From contig JBBUED010000003.1 in the NCBI GenBank assembly GCA_038078215.1, forward strand, positions 8,099-42,011: 33,913 nt of DNA, read 5' to 3'. Of the stretch, positions 30,294 to 33,913 are shown in pieces (within the stretch, counting starts at the first letter, position 1; each line of letters begins with the position of its first letter). Source of the stretch: Patescibacteria group bacterium. GTDB lineage: Bacteria > Patescibacteriota > Minisyncoccia > Phycocordibacterales > GWA1-40-21. Position numbers and translations under genes: made by a program. The notes beneath the pieces are model-generated. The model was not told where the DNA came from, searched no databases, and was given only the letters and a program-made list of their open reading frames with translations.

Positions 30294-31067
30294 CTATATA
30301 TTTTCATTTTTAACATATAGAGGACTGGAAATGCCCCAAACAATTTTGATAAATAACTTAAAAACATTCACTAGTTCTTGATTTTCTATCACAAAAGCGT
30401 AGTTTTCCTTTTTGGAAGAGATGACTCCAAACTTGTTATCGTAAATGACGACGACAACGCCGAAATTATTGCCTTCCGGCAAAACTCTCGCCTCTCTTAA
30501 CGGATCGTTGTATTTATAGCCCGCTGAATCTTCGGCGTTTATAATGGAATAACTTTTAATCCCTTTCTCATTTCTCCGTTTGATGAATTTTTGCCAGTAG
30601 CTTTGCGGATATAAGTCTTCCAACAGTTTTATAGAGCCCAAATACCAATACTCTTTGCTTTTGCAGTTAAGCGCCTCTTCCATAATTCCTTTTATCTCCT
30701 CTCGGCCTTGGAACAATCTGACTTTCGGCTTATTAAAGCCTTTATCGCCAAAATGGTATGTGGCGGAAGCAATTAATTTTTCCACGAGCTTTTTGGTGGC
30801 GTCTAGCTCCTCCTCCTTGTTTGTTTCAATTTTTTTCAAACGCTCCGGCTCGGCGGGAACAAACAATTTTCTTTTGCCCCGTATAGTGGTTTCCACGAAG
30901 CCGAAATTCTTTAATTTTTCCAATAAGTGATACAAAGATGTCCTTTTAAGGCCTGATAGTTTAGCCAGCTCCGTAATGCTTACGGGAGCGTTCTCAATTA
31001 TAGCTTCGTAAAGGCTAGTTTCTTTTTGGCTAAAACCCAGTTTCAATAAATATTTTTCCAGTTCCAT
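30294..31067 (-). CDS. TrmB family transcriptional regulator (wHTH plus C-terminal TrmB-like domain)
   Basis: MELEKYLLKLGFSQKETSLYEAIIENAPVSITELAKLSGLKRTSLYHLLEKLKNFGFV is a typical TrmB N-terminal wHTH. Start placed at ATG 31067 because the longer track ORF would run into its own promoter. Confidence 0.7.
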   Translation of the reverse strand: MELEKYLLKLGFSQKETSLYEAIIENAPVSITELAKLSGLKRTSLYHLLEKLKNFGFVETTIRGKRKLFVPAEPERLKKIETNKEEELDATKKLVEKLIASATYHFGDKGFNKPKVRLFQGREEIKGIMEEALNCKSKEYWYLGSIKLLEDLYPQSYWQKFIKRRNEKGIKSYSIINAEDSAGYKYNDPLREARVLPEGNNFGVVVVIYDNKFGVISSKKENYAFVIENQELVNVFKLFIKIVWGISSPLYVKNENI

Positions 31068-31074
31068 AATTTGT

Positions 31075-31104
31075 ATTATAGCAAATGACGACCACATTCG
31101 TCAA
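31075..31104 (-). promoter_or_regulatory. Promoter of the TrmB-like gene, apparently leaderless
   Basis: The minus strand reads TTGACG-N18-TATAAT-N7-ATG (plus-strand cgtcaa 31099-31104, attata 31075-31080, start codon 31067-31065). Confidence 0.55.
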
Positions 31105-31173
31105 ATTATTTATATGAATAACTGCTTTAAAATAACATTTTATCGCCAACAAAGCCATATTTGACTTAATTAG

Positions 31174-31202
31174 TTGACATTTGTATTAAATTAAGTTATT
31201 GT
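31174..31202 (+). promoter_or_regulatory. Promoter of the two-gene cassette
   Basis: TTGACA (31174-31179) - 17 nt - TATTGT (31197-31202). Confidence 0.5.
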
Positions 31203-31212
31203 TTGGCTAGAT

Positions 31213-31236
31213 GAATTTCAATGGGAAATTCAATGG
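31213..31236 (+). promoter_or_regulatory. Tandem 12-mer direct repeat (candidate operator) between promoter and RBS
   Basis: gaatttcaatgg gaaattcaatgg, two adjacent copies differing at one position. Confidence 0.45.
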
Positions 31237-31276
31237 ATAGTTGTTTGACAATAAATTTTATTGGAGGGGACTATTT

Positions 31277-32152
31277 ATGGATCTGTCTTATTTGTTAGAC
31301 AAAGAAGGTTCTTTGTCTAAATTAGATGAATTGAAAAAGTATGCCGATGCGGCAGATGAATGTTTTGTTTTCACATTAGAAAAGCTTTTATTTGTTGACT
31401 GGAAAGATGAATGTAAAAAAAGGTCCAAAATTGGTTACGGGTCTCAGTGCCTTCGTTATCTTAATGTGTTGCTTCGTATGGAGAGCAAATTTATTTCGAA
31501 TCAAAGATTAAAAAACTTTGATTTAAGATTGGGTTTTGGACATCATGGCTTCCCTTCTCTTGGTTCTTGGCAAGCAGACATTGATTTCATTAAGAAAAAC
31601 AGAAAAGGAAAGTATTATTGTGATTACTGGGATTGTGTGGATAGGGAAAAATTGTACGAGATAAAAATAAAAGAAAAAGGAAATTGCCTTTGTTTTATGC
31701 CAAACAATCTGGAGGTTTGCTTTTCTTATTCAAAGGAAAGATTTGCAATGACTGATTATTCGAATTTTTGTTTAATAGTTTTGAAAAAAAACGCATTGCA
31801 AAAAGATCCTAATTACTTTGAAAGAGCTGGGGCTCCTAAAAACTTTTATCATTATGGAGGTTCTTTTGGTTTACGTGGTATGGATTCTTTAGATTATTGG
31901 GAAAAGGTAGGTCCTAGTGGCAACACTCGTTTATGGATGAGAGGGAGAGATTATCCTGACTTAGTTTGGTTTTTTATGTCTGGAAAACTGAGTTTTTCTG
32001 CTATTTTAACCTTATCCCCAGAGGAGCTAGAAGAATATCACTATCTTGTGATAAAAATTGAAGGAAGAAAAGAAAATGAAACAGTTGATGACGTCTGTCA
32101 TTATGTTTCTTCAGAAAAAATTAACTATCTTGTTAATGAGCATGTATTCTAA
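31277..32152 (+). CDS. Hypothetical protein (291 aa), soluble, Cys/Trp/His/Tyr-rich, no recognised family
   Basis: Strong RBS ggagggg 8 nt upstream of ATG 31277 (the track ORF starts at TTG 31241). No TM or signal peptide. Motifs: GFGHHGFPSLGSWQ, CDYWDC, HYGGSFGLRGMDSLDYWEK. Confidence 0.6.
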   Translation: MDLSYLLDKEGSLSKLDELKKYADAADECFVFTLEKLLFVDWKDECKKRSKIGYGSQCLRYLNVLLRMESKFISNQRLKNFDLRLGFGHHGFPSLGSWQADIDFIKKNRKGKYYCDYWDCVDREKLYEIKIKEKGNCLCFMPNNLEVCFSYSKERFAMTDYSNFCLIVLKKNALQKDPNYFERAGAPKNFYHYGGSFGLRGMDSLDYWEKVGPSGNTRLWMRGRDYPDLVWFFMSGKLSFSAILTLSPEELEEYHYLVIKIEGRKENETVDDVCHYVSSEKINYLVNEHVF

Positions 32153-32189
32153 ATTATATTCACAATTCACAATTGAGAGGAAATGAAAA

Positions 32190-33050
32190 ATGGTAAATAC
32201 ATTAACGACACAAATTAAACCTGACAAAAAAACAATCACATCAACAAACAGGATGAGAGAGGGTTTGGAAATAACTAGGGATGCCAAAAAAAATTTTGAC
32301 AAGTTAGACTTGGAAATTTCCAAATTAATTAACGCCATTCAAAAAAAGCATGGGTTCATGAGTCTTTTCTCAAAAAAATCATCTCAGGAAAATCGCGAAA
32401 AGGCTTTCACTCGGCTTGACTGTCATTACAGGGAGTCTTATTTGAAAACTCAAACAGGCCTTGAAACAATAGCGGAAAGTGTTCAAGAAATTCTCTCTTC
32501 TCACCAAGAAGAGGCAGAAAAACTTGAAGAACTAAAGAAGAAAGAGGAGGAAGGAATAATAACTCTTGATGACTACAGAAAGGTATTCTCTGGTATGACC
32601 TGTTTGCCAGTGTTGGGGATAAATGATACCGCTTTGGAAAAACTTTCACCGGGAATTGTTTCGGAATCAAAGAAACAATTCAAAGAAACTCTTCAAAAGA
32701 ACATCATCCAAAAAACCGAGATGTTAAATCTTCTCGGAACAATGTTCGGGGTTGTCGTGGTTTACAGAGACACGGCTCTAAGAAATTATTCTTCTTATCA
32801 CGTTGTTTCAAACCCAATTAAGGCTTTGACTGGTTCCGCATCGGCTATTCAGCACACAGAAACAGAATCAAAAACGATGTCGGAGTTTCTAATCTTAGCA
32901 CTAGAGACAAGTGTCAACGTAGTAGACCGCGTGCTTTGTGGGCGGGAAGAAAGGGGTCAGATTGAAGAAAAAATGACCGCTTCCATAACAGAAGCGGGTC
33001 AGAAATTAAAAGAAGCCCTTGAAAAATTCAGTTGTTCCTCAAAACAATAA
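32190..33050 (+). CDS. Hypothetical alpha-helical/coiled-coil protein (286 aa); faint TelA/KlaA-like pattern, very tentative
   Basis: RBS gagagga upstream; predicted to be helical throughout. KKHGFMSLFSKKSS...HYRES...LETIAESV loosely recalls the TelA N-terminal region. One hydrophobic segment (LLGTMFGVVVVY). Followed by a strong terminator. Confidence 0.55.
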   Translation: MVNTLTTQIKPDKKTITSTNRMREGLEITRDAKKNFDKLDLEISKLINAIQKKHGFMSLFSKKSSQENREKAFTRLDCHYRESYLKTQTGLETIAESVQEILSSHQEEAEKLEELKKKEEEGIITLDDYRKVFSGMTCLPVLGINDTALEKLSPGIVSESKKQFKETLQKNIIQKTEMLNLLGTMFGVVVVYRDTALRNYSSYHVVSNPIKALTGSASAIQHTETESKTMSEFLILALETSVNVVDRVLCGREERGQIEEKMTASITEAGQKLKEALEKFSCSSKQ

Positions 33051-33076
33051 GATTTTTGAAAGGAAAAAAAACGCAA

Positions 33077-33116
33077 GAAGGGTAGAATTTTTTAATTCTA
33101 CCCTTCATTTTTTGCT
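33077..33116. terminator. Bidirectional intrinsic terminator
   Basis: 13-bp stem gaagggtagaatt / aattctacccttc with a tttt loop, followed by attttttg on the plus strand and a T-run on the minus strand. It lies between convergent genes. Confidence 0.7.
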
Positions 33117-33180
33117 CAAACCCTACTTCGGCCGGTATGGCAACGCCTTAAAGAGGTAATTTTTTTCTATGTTTTCGTTT

Positions 33181-33438
33181 CTATTCGTAAATATCGTGAT
33201 TGCCGATTGCATAAAACCTGACGGTTTCATTGTCAATAAATTCAAAAATAATTCTATATTTGTAGTTTACAGAGAAAGACCAAAAATCATCCAGCGCGCC
33301 GTGTAACTTATGGGCATTAAGGCGAGGGTCAAAATTATTCACCCTAAAAATTTCTTCTTTTTTACAAGCGAGATTCTTTATCTTGGTCGGTAAATTTTTA
33401 TATTCTTTCTTAAATTTAGGGTGGTAAATAATTTTCAT
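33181..33438 (-). CDS. RelE/ParE superfamily type II toxin
   Basis: 85 aa; KYRIIFEFIDNETVRFYAIGNHDIY is the typical C-terminal pattern. It lies 11 nt downstream of an RHH antitoxin gene. Confidence 0.8.
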   Translation of the reverse strand: MKIIYHPKFKKEYKNLPTKIKNLACKKEEIFRVNNFDPRLNAHKLHGALDDFWSFSVNYKYRIIFEFIDNETVRFYAIGNHDIYE

Positions 33439-33449
33439 TATATTTTACC

Positions 33450-33665
33450 CTACATCAAGTCTTTTAACGATTTAAGAATTTTCCCCTTGCCTTTATCGAA
33501 ATCTTTTCGGCGGCTTTTTAATTCTTCGGCCAATTTGCGGGTATTCCATAATCGTATCATATGCCTGACAAACTCGCTTTTTGTGGCAAATTTGCCGGTT
33601 TTCACCTCTTTTTCCACAAAGTCCGCCATATTTTTCGGCAACGAAATGTTTATTACGCTTCTCAT
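33450..33665 (-). CDS. ParD/CopG-like ribbon-helix-helix antitoxin
   Basis: MRSVINISLPKNMADFVEKEVKTGKFATKSEFVRHMIRLW (beta strand then helix-helix; ParD-like). Start moved from 33737 to ATG 33665, because the longer ORF would read through the operator palindrome. Confidence 0.75.
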   Translation of the reverse strand: MRSVINISLPKNMADFVEKEVKTGKFATKSEFVRHMIRLWNTRKLAEELKSRRKDFDKGKGKILKSLKDLM

Positions 33666-33677
33666 GTTTTTATTTAT

Positions 33678-33712
33678 TATATAGGTGTAATACAAAGTAT
33701 TACACCTATATA
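33678..33712. promoter_or_regulatory. 16-bp-arm perfect palindrome overlapping the TA promoter (probable autoregulatory operator)
   Basis: tatataggtgtaatac-aaa-gtattacacctatata. The minus-strand TATAAT lies within it, 13 nt upstream of the antitoxin ATG. Confidence 0.55.
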
Positions 33713-33740
33713 ATAATCCATATCGCGCAAAAGTCAAAAA

Positions 33741-33913
33741 CTAAACAGCCATCTTTTTCGGCCGGTATTGCAGGGCTTCTAGGATATGATTGGTTTCTAT
33801 TTCTTCGGAGTCGGCGAGGTCGGCTATTGTTCTCGCAAGTTTGATGACGCGATGATACGCCCGAGCCGATAGGTCCAATTTTTCCGCTGACTTGTTTAAT
33901 ATTTCTTTGACTT
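33741..33913 (-). CDS. comM: C-terminal end of a YifB/ComM Mg-chelatase-like ATPase (partial; continues beyond the window)
   Basis: The minus strand translates to [72 protein letters not shown]....I....EA..YR is the conserved ComM C-terminus. Not in the track because the fragment has no start codon. Confidence 0.75.
   Translation of the reverse strand, partial: VKEILNKSAEKLDLSARAYHRVIKLARTIADLADSEEIETNHILEALQYRPKKMAV

Noticed and set aside
1-33913. Alternative genetic code (UGA recoding, as in some CPR lineages), tRNA/rRNA genes and transposases
   Set aside because: All long ORFs are intact under the standard code and conserved proteins end at normal positions. I saw no cloverleaf-like tRNA sequences, no rRNA segments and no transposase-like ORFs. 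The tRNA check was visual only.

Overview
This window looks like the replication-origin neighbourhood of a small, streamlined bacterial genome, probably Patescibacteria/CPR-like. That assignment is an inference from shortened housekeeping proteins, the near absence of Shine-Dalgarno sequences, T4SS-pilin/PrgI/VirB4-type genes and a four-helix-bundle 'IVS protein' gene. Left part (1-10.3 kb): yebC, ruvC, tyrS, a class A PBP, a DUF721-like ORF, dnaN and dnaA, with rpmH-rnpA-yidC diverging from dnaA. The AT-rich dnaA-dnaN spacer carries three TTATACACA boxes and is a candidate oriC. Middle part (10.5-23.9 kb): a tightly packed 13.4 kb minus-strand array of 12 genes. It encodes a VirB4-like ATPase, a stand-alone VirB4 N-domain-like protein, a PrgI/VirB3-like protein, a VirB6-like polytopic protein, a T4SS-pilin-like protein and several secreted or membrane proteins with Ig/PKD-like, thrombospondin-type-3 and beta-propeller-like features. 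No relaxase, coupling protein or integrase is visible, so this orphan T4SS-like surface apparatus is the main candidate for an incompletely described system. Right part: a PG-binding/IPT surface protein plus a small secreted protein, rsmA, pcrA/uvrD and a LysM-M23 peptidase. These are followed by a TrmB-like regulator divergent from a visibly AT-rich two-gene cassette of unknown function (the only genes here with clear GGAGG ribosome-binding sites), a RelE/ParE-ParD toxin-antitoxin pair and the 3' end of comM/yifB. Several families of short low-complexity inverted repeats fill almost every intergenic spacer: AGCT-periodic, GGTTGTAGG-type, ATAAAGTT-type, GAATTRCGAAA-terminated hairpins and GTCATTCCCG palindromes. 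They bracket single genes, supply stop codons, sit directly on start codons, and in one case lie in frame inside rsmA. All homology calls come from motif recognition by eye; no searches were run.
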